Part shown: piece by piece, positions 10,008 to 19,587 of the stretch | Position numbering within the stretch: the stretch's first letter is position 1 | Layout: every line of letters begins with the position of its first letter | DNA from: Deltaproteobacteria bacterium | GTDB lineage: Bacteria; Desulfobacterota; Syntrophia; Syntrophales; UBA5619 | NCBI GenBank assembly: GCA_016935075.1 | Contig: JAFGRP010000052.1 | Coordinates: 1-40,994 of the forward strand | Direction of reading: 5' to 3' | DNA length: 40,994 nucleotides | Translations under genes and position numbers: made by a program | Notes under the pieces: generated by a model | The model's database searches: none | Told to the model about the DNA's origin: nothing | Seen by the model: only the letters and a program-made list of their open reading frames with translations

Positions 10008-10652
10008 ATGACCCTCCGCCTGAAAATCGACCCCGGGAAAATCGATGGGGAAAAACTCGCGGAGGCCGTCCGGATCTTGCGCGAGGGAGGCGTCGTCGCC
10101 TTTCCGACGGAAACCTTTTACGGCCTGGGAGCCGACGCGCGAAACGAAACGGCCGTGGAGAAGATCTTCCGGATCAAGGGACGGGATTTCCGCAACCCAA
10201 TCGCGTTGATCGTCACCGAAGAAAAGGATGTGATCCCTCTCGTGGAGGAAATCCCGTCGGCGGCAACCCTTCTCATGAAAACATTCTGGCCGGGTCCGCT
10301 CACGCTGATTTTCCGGGCCGCTCCCCCGGTTTCATCCCGCCTCACGGGCGGCACGGGAAAGATCGGCATCCGGGTCTCCAGCCATCCCATTGCCCGTTTT
10401 CTGGCCGCAGGCATCACCGGCCCTCTGACGGCAACGAGCGCCAATCCCTCGGGCGGTCAGGAATGTATCTCTGCCGACGCCGTCATCCGCGCCCTGGACG
10501 ATCTTCCCGATGTGGTGATCGACTGCGGGACGACGCCGGGGGGCAGGGGCTCCACGATTCTCGACGCCACCCTCTTTCCACCCCGCATCCTTCGCGAGGG
10601 CGCCATCCCTCACGGTCTTATCGTGAAAGCCCTGTCCCGGACAGAAGATTGA
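10008..10652 (+). CDS. tsaC: L-threonylcarbamoyladenylate synthase (YrdC/Sua5 domain)
   Basis: FPTETFYGL, KGR, WPGPLT, TSANPSG, STI, LREGAI. Confidence 0.93.
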   Translation: MTLRLKIDPGKIDGEKLAEAVRILREGGVVAFPTETFYGLGADARNETAVEKIFRIKGRDFRNPIALIVTEEKDVIPLVEEIPSAATLLMKTFWPGPLTLIFRAAPPVSSRLTGGTGKIGIRVSSHPIARFLAAGITGPLTATSANPSGGQECISADAVIRALDDLPDVVIDCGTTPGGRGSTILDATLFPPRILREGAIPHGLIVKALSRTED

Positions 10653-11105
10653 TCTTCACGTGAAATATCAGTTAGTTATTGTAGTCGTTATTAGAGATTG
10701 ATGCGATTGTGTAGTCGCTTTCGCGTGTAAATCTTCAACATAAGCTGAGAGCGGGGTGCTATTTTATCTTGACTTTCCATTTGAATAAAAGCACTCATAA
10801 ACCGTCGTTTCTTACATTCGCTCAGTAAACCCATTAACCTTCCCCTTAACCTTATGGAGAGTAAAAATGAGAAGGTGGAGTTACAAAGAGTGCACCATGT
10901 AAAGCCTCTAAGGAAGTCCAAAACCTTTCTTGGGGGTTTTTTTAATTCACCTCCCGATGAATCTTCAAAAGGGATAACGAGAAGATGCTTCCGGAAGGTG
11001 CCGTTATTTCGGTTTCCATAGATGTTTCCAGAATTCGGTTGGGGCTTATGCTTTACGATGCTCAGAATATTTGTTTTCATTTAGAAAGAAAATAAGGAGG
11101 GAAAT

Positions 11106-11297
11106 ATGTTCAATAAAAGGAGCTACATGGGTAGGAGTCTTCTGTTATTATTTTCAATTCTCCCTTTATTTTTCCTCCTCTGGCCCTTTATCGCATACAG
11201 TTAGGAATCTTGCCCGACAGGCCAGACCAATGAAATAAACGAGGTAAGGGGTAAGGATCCTCTCTGTGTCGTCAATGCTCTGACGCGCTGCGCGTAA
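11106..11297 (+). pseudogene. remnant of a secreted-protein gene (signal peptide then in-frame TAG)
   Basis: AAGGAGGG RBS; MFNKRSYMGRSLLLLFSILPLFFLLWPFIAYS then TAG at 11202-11204, frame then open to 11297. Confidence 0.35.
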
Positions 11298-11330
11298 ACA
11301 GGCGCCGTGCCTTATAGGAAGGGGTTTTAG

Positions 11331-12542
11331 ATGATCAGGCGTCTACTCACGACTGTCCTCCTGCTGGTTTCGATCATTGTTGCCGGTTGCACGGCCGGGA
11401 GCTCTGGATCCGGCTTTGATCCCGAGTTGGCCGCTCGCCTACAGGCCGCACTCAACCAGTCCGTCACCGATTTCCAACTCCCGGGCGCCGTGCTGGCCGT
11501 GCGAAGCCCCGACGGCCGGATCTGGACTGGCACCAGTGGACTGGCCCAGGTCGCCGGTGCGGTGTTCGTCGACGGAACGCCGGCGGGCGATGAAAACGTT
11601 CCCATGTCCCTCGACCTTCATTTCCACATCGGCAGCCTGACAAAGTCATTCACCGCCACCGTCATCTTGCAACTCGTCGACGAGGGCAAACTCGCTCTGG
11701 ACGATACGGTCGAGCAGGTGATCGCCCATTGGTTGCCGGAGTACTTTGACTTCGCGATCCCTTATGCCAACGCGATCACGGTCCGCCACCTACTATCCAT
11801 GCGCAGCGGCATGGGCAACTATTCTTTCACAAGCAAGTTCCGCGAGGCGGCCAACGAAGACCCGTTGCGACAGTGGGACCCCAGGGAACTCATCCGGATC
11901 GGCATGGAGAGCGCGGACACTCCGGCCTACCTGCCGGATACCCGGCTCGACTACAACAATGCCAACTTTATCCTGCTGGGAATCTTCATCGAGCAGATTA
12001 CGGGGCACAAGTATGCCGAGGAGATTGAGCGTCGAATCCTCGATCCGCTTGGTCTGACCCAAACCTCGATTCCGGCCGACGCAGCTATGCCCGAACCCTA
12101 TGCCCGCGGCTACCAGTACGACGACGGCCAGGGAGCGTTGCTGGACCTCTCCCTCGTGACTGATCCCTCTTGGGGCTGGGCCGCCGGCAGCATGATCTCC
12201 ACGGTCGGAAACCTGCTGGACTGGGTCCCGGCCCTGGTCGATGGCACACTCATCAGTCCGGCATTGCAGCATGAACGGCTTCAACTCCGGGCGGGCGAGA
12301 TCCACGAGATGGGAACCGTCGAGTACGGCCTGGGCATCTACGACGACGGTGGCGCACTCGGGCACGGAGGCGACTACTCCGGCTTCTACACGGCGTACGG
12401 CGTCCGCTACTCAGGGTACGATATCGCCATTCTGGAGAACGGCAAGTTACAACAGACTGGTGAACCGATCGGCATTCCGTCGCGGGCGATTCTCTTCCGG
12501 ATGATGAAGGTACTGGGGTCCGCAGGTTTCAATGACGTGTAA
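11331..12542 (+). CDS. serine hydrolase, beta-lactamase/D-Ala-D-Ala carboxypeptidase (S12) family lipoprotein
   Basis: Lipobox VAGC; SxxK (SLTK), YxN (YNN) and HGG motifs. Confidence 0.88.
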   Translation: MIRRLLTTVLLLVSIIVAGCTAGSSGSGFDPELAARLQAALNQSVTDFQLPGAVLAVRSPDGRIWTGTSGLAQVAGAVFVDGTPAGDENVPMSLDLHFHIGSLTKSFTATVILQLVDEGKLALDDTVEQVIAHWLPEYFDFAIPYANAITVRHLLSMRSGMGNYSFTSKFREAANEDPLRQWDPRELIRIGMESADTPAYLPDTRLDYNNANFILLGIFIEQITGHKYAEEIERRILDPLGLTQTSIPADAAMPEPYARGYQYDDGQGALLDLSLVTDPSWGWAAGSMISTVGNLLDWVPALVDGTLISPALQHERLQLRAGEIHEMGTVEYGLGIYDDGGALGHGGDYSGFYTAYGVRYSGYDIAILENGKLQQTGEPIGIPSRAILFRMMKVLGSAGFNDV

Positions 12543-12597
12543 GGAATTGAACCATGGGAACAGGTGGGCAACTGGCTGTGAAAACAGGTCAGGCATC

Positions 12598-12656
12598 GCC
12601 GAATAACTGCCTGGAGCGGACGCAATAAGCCCGGCTGCTCACGCGGACAGTAACAC
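12598..12656 (+). repeat. degenerate attC-like imperfect palindrome (59 bp)
   Basis: GCCGAAT...CTGCCTG(G)AGCGG...CTGCTCACGCGG...GTAACAC; both R boxes deviate from consensus. Confidence 0.4.
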
Positions 12657-12860
12657 GCAACTTCTTTCGCAGTCATAAGGACAAATCTCATATATTCTGA
12701 CCCGTTGTCCACTTACGGCGAATGATAATTTGTGCTATGCTTCTTCCTGAAAAGCAATACAAACAAAATCATAAGCGTGAGAATATCTTCGATTCATATC
12801 TTATGATGGGAACATCGATGATCCGCTTTAAAGAATCCTGTCCGTTTCAGAGGAGAAGCC

Positions 12861-14603
12861 ATGGTTGATGAGACAATTATTCCAAATTCCTTCAAACATA
12901 CCAATAGTTTTCGTCTGATGAGTCTTTACGGAGACAAAGCCGGCAGCGTGATGGAAAGGCTGCTCAAAATCATGAGAACCCATCTTGCCGCCTGTCCCGT
13001 AACGCACGTGAAGCGTTGGTCCGAACAAGATGTTATTCTGATAACCTACGCAGACAGCATTATTGATCCGGAGCAAACACCTCTGCAGGCGCTCTATCGA
13101 TTCATGAATACCTACCTGCGCGAGCAGTTCAGCGGAGTTCATGTGCTGCCCTTTTTCCCCTTCAGTTCCGACGACGGTTTTTCCGTGGTGGATTACCACC
13201 AGGTGGATCCCAGGCTGGGCAGCTGGGATGATATTGTCCAAATCGGCGATAATTTCGACTTGATGACCGACTTGGTGCTCAACCATGTGTCACGGCGGAG
13301 CTTATGGTTCAAGGATTTCATAGAAAACCAGGGCCGGAGAAAGGACTACTTCATCGAACTGGATCCTGACCAGGACGTTTCGATGGTGACACGCCCAAGG
13401 ACTCACAAGCTGGCTGTTCCGGTTGAAACGATGAGTGGATTGAAGCACGTCTGGGCGACTTTCAGCGGCGACCAGATCGATTTGAATTACACGAACCCCG
13501 ATGTTCTGCTGGAGATGATTGAAGTTCTGCTTTTCTATGTCCGAAAGGGCGCCCGATTTGTTCGCTTGGACGCCGTCGGTTTTCTCTGGAAATGCATCGG
13601 GACGACATGCATCAACCTTCAGGAAACCCACCAAGTCATAAGGATTTTCCGTGATGTTCTCGAAGTGGTTGCACCGCAGGTCGTGTTGATTTCGGAAACC
13701 AATGTCCCTGAAGGGGAGAACCTCAGTTATTTCGGTGACGGCCGCGAAGCGCACATGGTTTACCAGTTCAGCCTCCCGCCTCTGCTGCTTCACGCCCTGC
13801 AGAAGGGAACCTCCCGATATTTGCGGCAGTGGGCGGAAGCAATGCCCCCTACCCCGCCAGGATGCACGTATCTCAATTTCTCCACATCCCATGATGGTAT
13901 CGGGTTGCGGCCCGCAGCAGGCCTGTTGCCTGCCGAAGAGATTGCCGACCTGGTGGAGTCGATCAAGGGGTACGGTGGCCAAATCAGTATGAAAGCGGAC
14001 GGCACCGGCTCCACAAGCCCTTACGAAATCAACGTTTCTCTTTTTGATGCTTTGATGGGATTCAAGAAAGATCGCGACCAGTGGCAGATTCCCCGTTTCT
14101 TCTGCTCACAGATCATCAACCTTTCCTTAAAAGGCATCCCGGCGATCTACATCCACAGTCTGACCGCAACCCCCAATGATTTTAAAAAAGTGGAACAGAC
14201 CGGCGCCTCCAGGGCCATTAACCGCCATCAGTGGGATTACCGCCGTCTGAAGGATCTTATTACCAATCAACACACCCCAAATGGTGTGGTCTTTAGTGAA
14301 TTCCGCCGCCTGCTCCGGAACCGACGCTTCCAGATGGCCTTTCACCCGGAGGCCGATCAGGAGATCCTGGATCTCGGTGACGGTCTCTTCGGTGTCCGCA
14401 GAACCAGCCTGACCGGCAATCAGGTTATTTTCGCGGTCAGTAATGTTACCGACATCACCCAGGAACTCTTGCTCAATGACATTCAGAGTATCAAGCATTA
14501 CCAGTCCTTTTACGACCTGATCAGCCGCAGAGACATTGATGGTTCGCGGACAAGTCTGCGATTGCATCCCTATCAATCGGTGTGGCTGACGGTCATTACT
14601 TGA
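12861..14603 (+). CDS. GH13_18 sugar phosphorylase, probably glucosylglycerate phosphorylase (YcjM-like)
   Basis: HVLPFFPFSSDDGF, RLDAVGF nucleophile, ISETNVP acid/base, SHDGIG, PYEINV. Confidence 0.88.
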   Translation: MVDETIIPNSFKHTNSFRLMSLYGDKAGSVMERLLKIMRTHLAACPVTHVKRWSEQDVILITYADSIIDPEQTPLQALYRFMNTYLREQFSGVHVLPFFPFSSDDGFSVVDYHQVDPRLGSWDDIVQIGDNFDLMTDLVLNHVSRRSLWFKDFIENQGRRKDYFIELDPDQDVSMVTRPRTHKLAVPVETMSGLKHVWATFSGDQIDLNYTNPDVLLEMIEVLLFYVRKGARFVRLDAVGFLWKCIGTTCINLQETHQVIRIFRDVLEVVAPQVVLISETNVPEGENLSYFGDGREAHMVYQFSLPPLLLHALQKGTSRYLRQWAEAMPPTPPGCTYLNFSTSHDGIGLRPAAGLLPAEEIADLVESIKGYGGQISMKADGTGSTSPYEINVSLFDALMGFKKDRDQWQIPRFFCSQIINLSLKGIPAIYIHSLTATPNDFKKVEQTGASRAINRHQWDYRRLKDLITNQHTPNGVVFSEFRRLLRNRRFQMAFHPEADQEILDLGDGLFGVRRTSLTGNQVIFAVSNVTDITQELLLNDIQSIKHYQSFYDLISRRDIDGSRTSLRLHPYQSVWLTVIT

Positions 14604-14778
14604 GATGCTCAATCACGGCTGTCTAAAATAATCTGAGAGAGGGGAATCAACTCTTTAAACTGCTTAATTTCAATTGGAAATAAATGGCGATCACCTTGAC
14701 ATACAAGACGATATTTGAGTAGTAGTAAGCCGTGAAAAGCAAATGCCTATCCCTCGTCAATCCGCAGGAGGTGATTAC

Positions 14779-16449
14779 ATGAAGTGTATTCGTATGTTAT
14801 TGGCAGCTTCTATGCTGATGTTTATTTTTGCAGGGCAGGTGTATGCTGAAACAATTAAGCCCCTGTCGGCGGAAAAGCGGCAGGAGTATGTTGCGCTGAG
14901 TCCCTTTGAATTTAAGAATATGCTAATTGATAGAGCGGGGGAAAACGGCAAACCAATTCTTGATGCAGGTCGCGGGAATCCAAACTTTCTGAACACGCGT
15001 TCGCGCTTGGCCTTTAGCATGCTGCACCGTTTTGCGGTTGAATGTTCGATTCGATATGATGCGCCGAAGGATCTTGGTTTTTCTCCAACGACGTCGGTTG
15101 GTATGGCAGACCGTTTTACAGTATTTCTGATAAAAGAGCCGGATAAGGGGACGGCTAAATTTCTGATGAACGCCATGGCCTATTGTTCGGATAAGCTGGG
15201 GATTGCTCCTGATACGTTTGCGACCGATATGGTTGATGCCATTCTCGGCGATCATTATCCAACACCATCGCGCATGCTGAATACGCCTGCAACTATTGTT
15301 GAGGCCTATTTGAAGTCGATTCATTTCACGAAAGGAAATACACCGGCAGGTTCATTTGATTTGTTTGCAACAGAAGGTGCCACTGCGGCGATGATCTATG
15401 TGTTCAATACGCTTAAAGAGAATTTTATTCTGACGCCCGGGGATGAGATTGCCATTATTACGCCGATTTTCTCTCCATATCTTGAAATTCCTGTACTCAA
15501 AGATTTCGAACTCAATCCTATTTATGTTGCTGGTTCTGAAAATACGGACTGGCAGGTTTCCGACGAAGAGTTGAATAAGTTGAGAAGCAAAAAAATCAAA
15601 GCGCTGTTTATGGTAAATCCGATGAATCCGGGTGCTGTGAGTATGAGTGCGAAAAGTGTCCAGAAAATCGCCGAACTCATTAAGAAGGAACGGTCCGACC
15701 TTATTGTGCTGACAGACACGGTTTATTGTCCTTTTGTGAATGAGTTTCACGATCTGCTTGAGGCGGTCCCGCAGAATTGTATTGGTGTATTTTCTTATTC
15801 TAAATATTTTGGTGTGACCGGCTGGCGGCTGGGAGTGATTTTTGTTAATCGGCGCAACATCATTGATCGGATGATTGCCGCGCTTCCCTCAGATAAGACA
15901 GCTCTTTTAAACAGGCGTTATTCTATTGATTCGACGGAGCCGGAAAAGATCCGCTTCATCGATCGTCTTCTGATGGACAGCCGCGATGTGGCGCTGGCAC
16001 ACACGGGTGGACTTTCTACGCCGCAGCAGTGTGTAATGTCGTTATTTGCGCTGTATGATCTATTGGACAGTAATCATGTGTATAAGAAAAGTATTCAGTC
16101 GCTGTTGAGCAAGCGGATGAGCAATCTTTATTCATCACTGAAGATGGATTCGCCGTCGGGAGCCGAACAGACTCAGTATTATAATCTGGTGAATATTCTG
16201 GCGCTGGCGGAGCGTCTGCATGGGGCTGATTTTTCAAAATACCTGACCGATATCTATTCTCCGTTTGGTTTTCTGCTGGAGCTTGCGGCTCGTTATCAAA
16301 CGATTCTGCTGCCTGGTGTGGGTTTTGCGGGCCCTGAGTGGTCGGTGCGCGTTTCTCTTGCGAACCTTCCTGATGGTCATTATATCGCAATCAGCAAAAA
16401 TCTGGTTGCTCTTCTGGACGAATATTATGCAGGCTGGCAGAACAAATAA
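14779..16449 (+). CDS. aspD: L-aspartate 4(beta)-decarboxylase/aminotransferase with N-terminal signal peptide
   Basis: LSPFEFKN, AGRGNPN, FATEGATAAM, SYSKYFGVTGWRLG (PLP Lys), HTGGLSTPQQ, RVSLANL; ATG 14779 with GGAGG RBS. Confidence 0.9.
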   Translation: MKCIRMLLAASMLMFIFAGQVYAETIKPLSAEKRQEYVALSPFEFKNMLIDRAGENGKPILDAGRGNPNFLNTRSRLAFSMLHRFAVECSIRYDAPKDLGFSPTTSVGMADRFTVFLIKEPDKGTAKFLMNAMAYCSDKLGIAPDTFATDMVDAILGDHYPTPSRMLNTPATIVEAYLKSIHFTKGNTPAGSFDLFATEGATAAMIYVFNTLKENFILTPGDEIAIITPIFSPYLEIPVLKDFELNPIYVAGSENTDWQVSDEELNKLRSKKIKALFMVNPMNPGAVSMSAKSVQKIAELIKKERSDLIVLTDTVYCPFVNEFHDLLEAVPQNCIGVFSYSKYFGVTGWRLGVIFVNRRNIIDRMIAALPSDKTALLNRRYSIDSTEPEKIRFIDRLLMDSRDVALAHTGGLSTPQQCVMSLFALYDLLDSNHVYKKSIQSLLSKRMSNLYSSLKMDSPSGAEQTQYYNLVNILALAERLHGADFSKYLTDIYSPFGFLLELAARYQTILLPGVGFAGPEWSVRVSLANLPDGHYIAISKNLVALLDEYYAGWQNK

Positions 16450-16512
16450 TCCTCAATGAAAAACAGAGATATAACTCTCACCAAAAACTGACGGGGGCAA
16501 CAGGACAGCGGT

Positions 16513-17229
16513 TCATGAAAATATGACATGCACCGGACCTTTTCTCTTCCTGGATCCCGATTCAAGGGCTTCCCCGGCAAGCTCCCCCACGGTATGGCTT
16601 TTCAGTTTCCCGTGGTCATAAAGGACGATCTCCGAGGGATCGCCCCTCAGGGTCGATAGCCTCTCTGTTGCCTCTTCCACGCGCAGGATGCCCGCTGCGC
16701 GCGCGGCGAGTCCCCGAACCTCCGGGTCTTCCGAATTCAGATAGGGCAAGAGGTATCCGGGAGCCTCCCATTTCTTGAGGAGCTCGGGCCTGGTTTCGGC
16801 AAGACGGCCGATACCCCACATGAGACCCCGTTGCAACGGGAGAAGTTCCAGATATGATCCGTCTTCCCGCATATAGGAAACCAGAATATGGGCATATTCC
16901 TCTGCGAGCCCTTCATGGTTGGCCATGATCTCCGCCATCGCTTCCGGGACCCCCCAGCCTATGTTTCCCGACTCGTCGTTCAAGCTCCACATCAGCCGGC
17001 GCATGATGTTGCGCGCGGCCTCCATGTCTTCCCTGGCCAACATCGCGATAACCAAACCGAGAGCGGAGACGGCATGCCACTTGACGTTGCCGCTGGCATG
17101 GGAAAGACCGGCAATAAGGGGAGAGACCGCCTTACGGGGCGGAAGGCGCCGCACCTCGGCCAGAACCGCATCGAGCGGTTCCGTCTTCAACCGGGAGATG
17201 ATCCTCCTCTTGAAATCCGTTGCGGCCAT
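16513..17229 (-). CDS. HEAT-repeat protein, DVU0298-like family
   Basis: MRRLMWSLNDESGNIGWGVPEAMAEI; HEAT-like helices (YLNSEDPEVRGLAA). Confidence 0.8.
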   Translation of the reverse strand: MAATDFKRRIISRLKTEPLDAVLAEVRRLPPRKAVSPLIAGLSHASGNVKWHAVSALGLVIAMLAREDMEAARNIMRRLMWSLNDESGNIGWGVPEAMAEIMANHEGLAEEYAHILVSYMREDGSYLELLPLQRGLMWGIGRLAETRPELLKKWEAPGYLLPYLNSEDPEVRGLAARAAGILRVEEATERLSTLRGDPSEIVLYDHGKLKSHTVGELAGEALESGSRKRKGPVHVIFS

Positions 17230-17535
17230 GAGCCTTGACCCATTTAAAAAATTGAACTCGGGAATTTGCTGGATGCGCGCCTGAAAAAGGGGCGAAAACC
17301 GCCGTCCCGTCCTGAAGGATGCTCCGGTAAATCAATACCTTCCCTTCGATTACTTTGGCAATCGTGATCCCTCCGCACGCTGGACATTTTTCGACCCTGC
17401 GCCACCTCGCTTCACTGTAGGGACAGGGTACCCCGAAAAATCCCCAATGCGCTCGTCCGGGATCCGATTGCCAGGCTACACAATAATCTTCTCTCATGAA
17501 TGTGCCGTTATGGAATCGGCCTCCACCGCCGATCT

Positions 17536-18579
17536 TCAGGGAAGACGGTCGAAACCCGCCGGCATCACCGTTGTCTTGACCGCCCCGGCCTGTTCCTGGC
17601 TGAAGACGATCATGAAGGGGATCTCGCCGTTCGGTGCGATCCGCTCATTGGAGACGTCGCTCCCCTGGGGTATGGAAAGTTCCCTCTGAATCTCGACCTC
17701 CGCCATGGCGCCCAACTCCACATCCGTCAGGAGATTTCCGCAGGAGACGGTCTTCTCCCCGAGAACGACGTCATAGGCATCAGCGATGACCAGACGGACC
17801 CGGATCCTCGCCAGGGGATAGGGCGCCTGGTTGACGGCAAACCCCTCGATAACACGGAGGTTTCCCATGAGTAGATTCGCCACGGAACGTTGACGGACGT
17901 CCCTGATGCGCACCGGTGCCAGAACCGTTTCACCGCTTTTCTTCTCCGCACCGATGAGATTTTCGAGAACGGGTACCCCCCGCACCCATGGAGACACCCA
18001 CATCAACGCCCGGTTCCGGAGCTCCGGCATGAGATAGAGAGAAACCGCTCCCGCGACGATCACCAGAAAGACCACCAGGGCAATCAGCTTCAGGATCATC
18101 CGGCCCCACCGCTTCCGCCCCGTCCCATCCTCCACGGCCTCCTCTTCTTCCTCTTCTTCCTCTGCGGCCTCTTCTTCCCTTTCCACGCCGGTGACCGGAC
18201 CACCGAGGGGTTCCTTCCCCAGATCCTCTTCTATATCATCCGGCAGACTCTCTTCCAGCACCCCAAGCGAGGGTTCCTTTTCGAACTCAACCACCGGCGT
18301 TTGTTCGACACCGGCTCTCGGCTGTAGAGGAATTTCCGCCTCCCCCTCGGTCGGTATCGGACCTTTTTCCCCGACCGGAAAACGATCGCCCGGCGTGCGT
18401 TTGGCATCACTGATCCTTACGGAGGGAATCTCCGATTCCGCTGCGGGAAAATCGCCGGTGGGCCTTTCCTGAAAGAAGACGTGCTGGCAACGGCTGCACC
18501 GCACCCAGATGCCATCCCCTTCCATTAATTTCTCGTCAAACCGGAACCGGGTTTCACATTTCCGACACTGGATAATCAT
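17536..18579 (-). CDS. zinc-ribbon (MJ0042-type) / DUF3426-like membrane protein
   Basis: MIIQCRKCETRF...VRCSRCQHVF, acidic linker, single TM, C-terminal GEIPFMIVF; overlaps hpt stop. Confidence 0.85.
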   Translation of the reverse strand: MIIQCRKCETRFRFDEKLMEGDGIWVRCSRCQHVFFQERPTGDFPAAESEIPSVRISDAKRTPGDRFPVGEKGPIPTEGEAEIPLQPRAGVEQTPVVEFEKEPSLGVLEESLPDDIEEDLGKEPLGGPVTGVEREEEAAEEEEEEEEAVEDGTGRKRWGRMILKLIALVVFLVIVAGAVSLYLMPELRNRALMWVSPWVRGVPVLENLIGAEKKSGETVLAPVRIRDVRQRSVANLLMGNLRVIEGFAVNQAPYPLARIRVRLVIADAYDVVLGEKTVSCGNLLTDVELGAMAEVEIQRELSIPQGSDVSNERIAPNGEIPFMIVFSQEQAGAVKTTVMPAGFDRLP

Positions 18580-19121
18580 ATGCCCTCCCCCTCAGATGAT
18601 GTCCCAAGCACGCAAACATCCGGAAGAAAACGGAATTTCTCATTATAATCGAGTCCATATCCGACCACGAAACGATCCGGGATGGAAAACCCCACATAGT
18701 CCGCCGTGAAGGGGACCCGTCTCCTCTCCCGCTTGTCGAGAAAGGCGCAGACCTTGAGCGATGCCGGCTGCCGCTTCTGCAGAATCTCCACCAGACGGGA
18801 AAGGGTGAGACCGGTATCAACGATATCCTCCACGATAAGAACATCGTGTCCCGCAATCGGCGTCTCCAGATCCTTGCCGATCCGGATCTCTCCCGAGCTG
18901 ACGGATCCCGTGCCATAGCTGGCCAGCCGGACAAAATCGACCCGGCACGGGACAGCGAGCGCACGGATCAGATCGGCCATAAAAATGAAGGCGCCATTGA
19001 GGATGCCGACGACCAGCGGCTCTTTCCCTTTATAATCCCGGGAAATCTGAGCCGCAAGCTCCGCGACCCTCCGTTCAATGGCCCCCTTCGTGAAGAGGAT
19101 CTCCGTTGCCGCCTCCCTCAT
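18576..19121 (-). CDS. hpt: hypoxanthine phosphoribosyltransferase
   Basis: GILNGAFIFMADL, VLIVEDIVDTG, FVVGYGLDY; ATG 19121 preferred over ORF-track start. Confidence 0.95.
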   Translation of the reverse strand: MREAATEILFTKGAIERRVAELAAQISRDYKGKEPLVVGILNGAFIFMADLIRALAVPCRVDFVRLASYGTGSVSSGEIRIGKDLETPIAGHDVLIVEDIVDTGLTLSRLVEILQKRQPASLKVCAFLDKRERRRVPFTADYVGFSIPDRFVVGYGLDYNEKFRFLPDVCVLGTSSEGEGI

Positions 19122-19162
19122 TTCTGCACCCGGGGAAAAACGTTGCCGCCTCTTTATTCCGC

Positions 19163-19189
19163 GGAGACACGATGCGGTATCATGTCCCC
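19163..19189. repeat. 27-bp palindromic REP-like element (copy 1, hpt 5' UTR)
   Basis: GGAGACACGATGCGGTATCATGTCCCC. Confidence 0.8.
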
Positions 19190-19284
19190 GTCGGTCCATA
19201 CATCACCGTCCTGGAGAAACTCTTACGCCGCTGTTTCATCGGACCCATCGGCATCGGTCCGAAAAAAAGCAGCCACCCAGCCGC

Positions 19285-19313
19285 ACACTAAACGACGCCG
19301 GGCGACCTGTCAA
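19285..19313 (-). promoter_or_regulatory. sigma70 promoter for hpt operon
   Basis: TTGACA, 17 nt, TAGTGT. Confidence 0.6.
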
Positions 19314-19423
19314 CGAAAATCAGAATCGAGGAACGAGATTGCAGATCCAGGGCAAAGATGATAATGGAGGCATGGAAATCGAAACTTAACCCTGCCGATA
19401 CCGGAAATTCCTGACAGAGAATT

Positions 19424-19587
19424 GACGGCATCGTAAAAAGTCCGGATGCTGCGTTGCGTTTCATCCTTCGTCATTGCGGCGTACGCCAAAAGTACGCCTC
19501 ATTCCTCAGAATTCGCGCGCCTTGCCTTCGGCCTTTTTACGAAGCCGTCCCATTTTCACGGCTTTTAGGATTTTTTACGAGGTCATC
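19424..19587. mobile_element. non-autonomous MITE-like element with 17-bp terminal inverted repeats and AGAATT direct repeats
   Basis: Left GACGGCATCGTAAAAAG; inner right end CTTTTTACGAAGCCGTC (19533-19549, 16/17 match); outer right end TTTTTTACGAGGTCATC (19571-19587); AGAATT at 19418-19423 and 19588-19593. Confidence 0.7.

Noticed and set aside
10691-11080. 129-aa minus-strand ORF in the AT-rich spacer
   Set aside because: No recognisable motifs and atypical composition; likely a chance ORF
19122-19284. Purine riboswitch in the long hpt leader
   Set aside because: Lacks the guanine aptamer core; the hairpins present are the 27-bp repeat and a short TCGGACC/GGTCCGA stem
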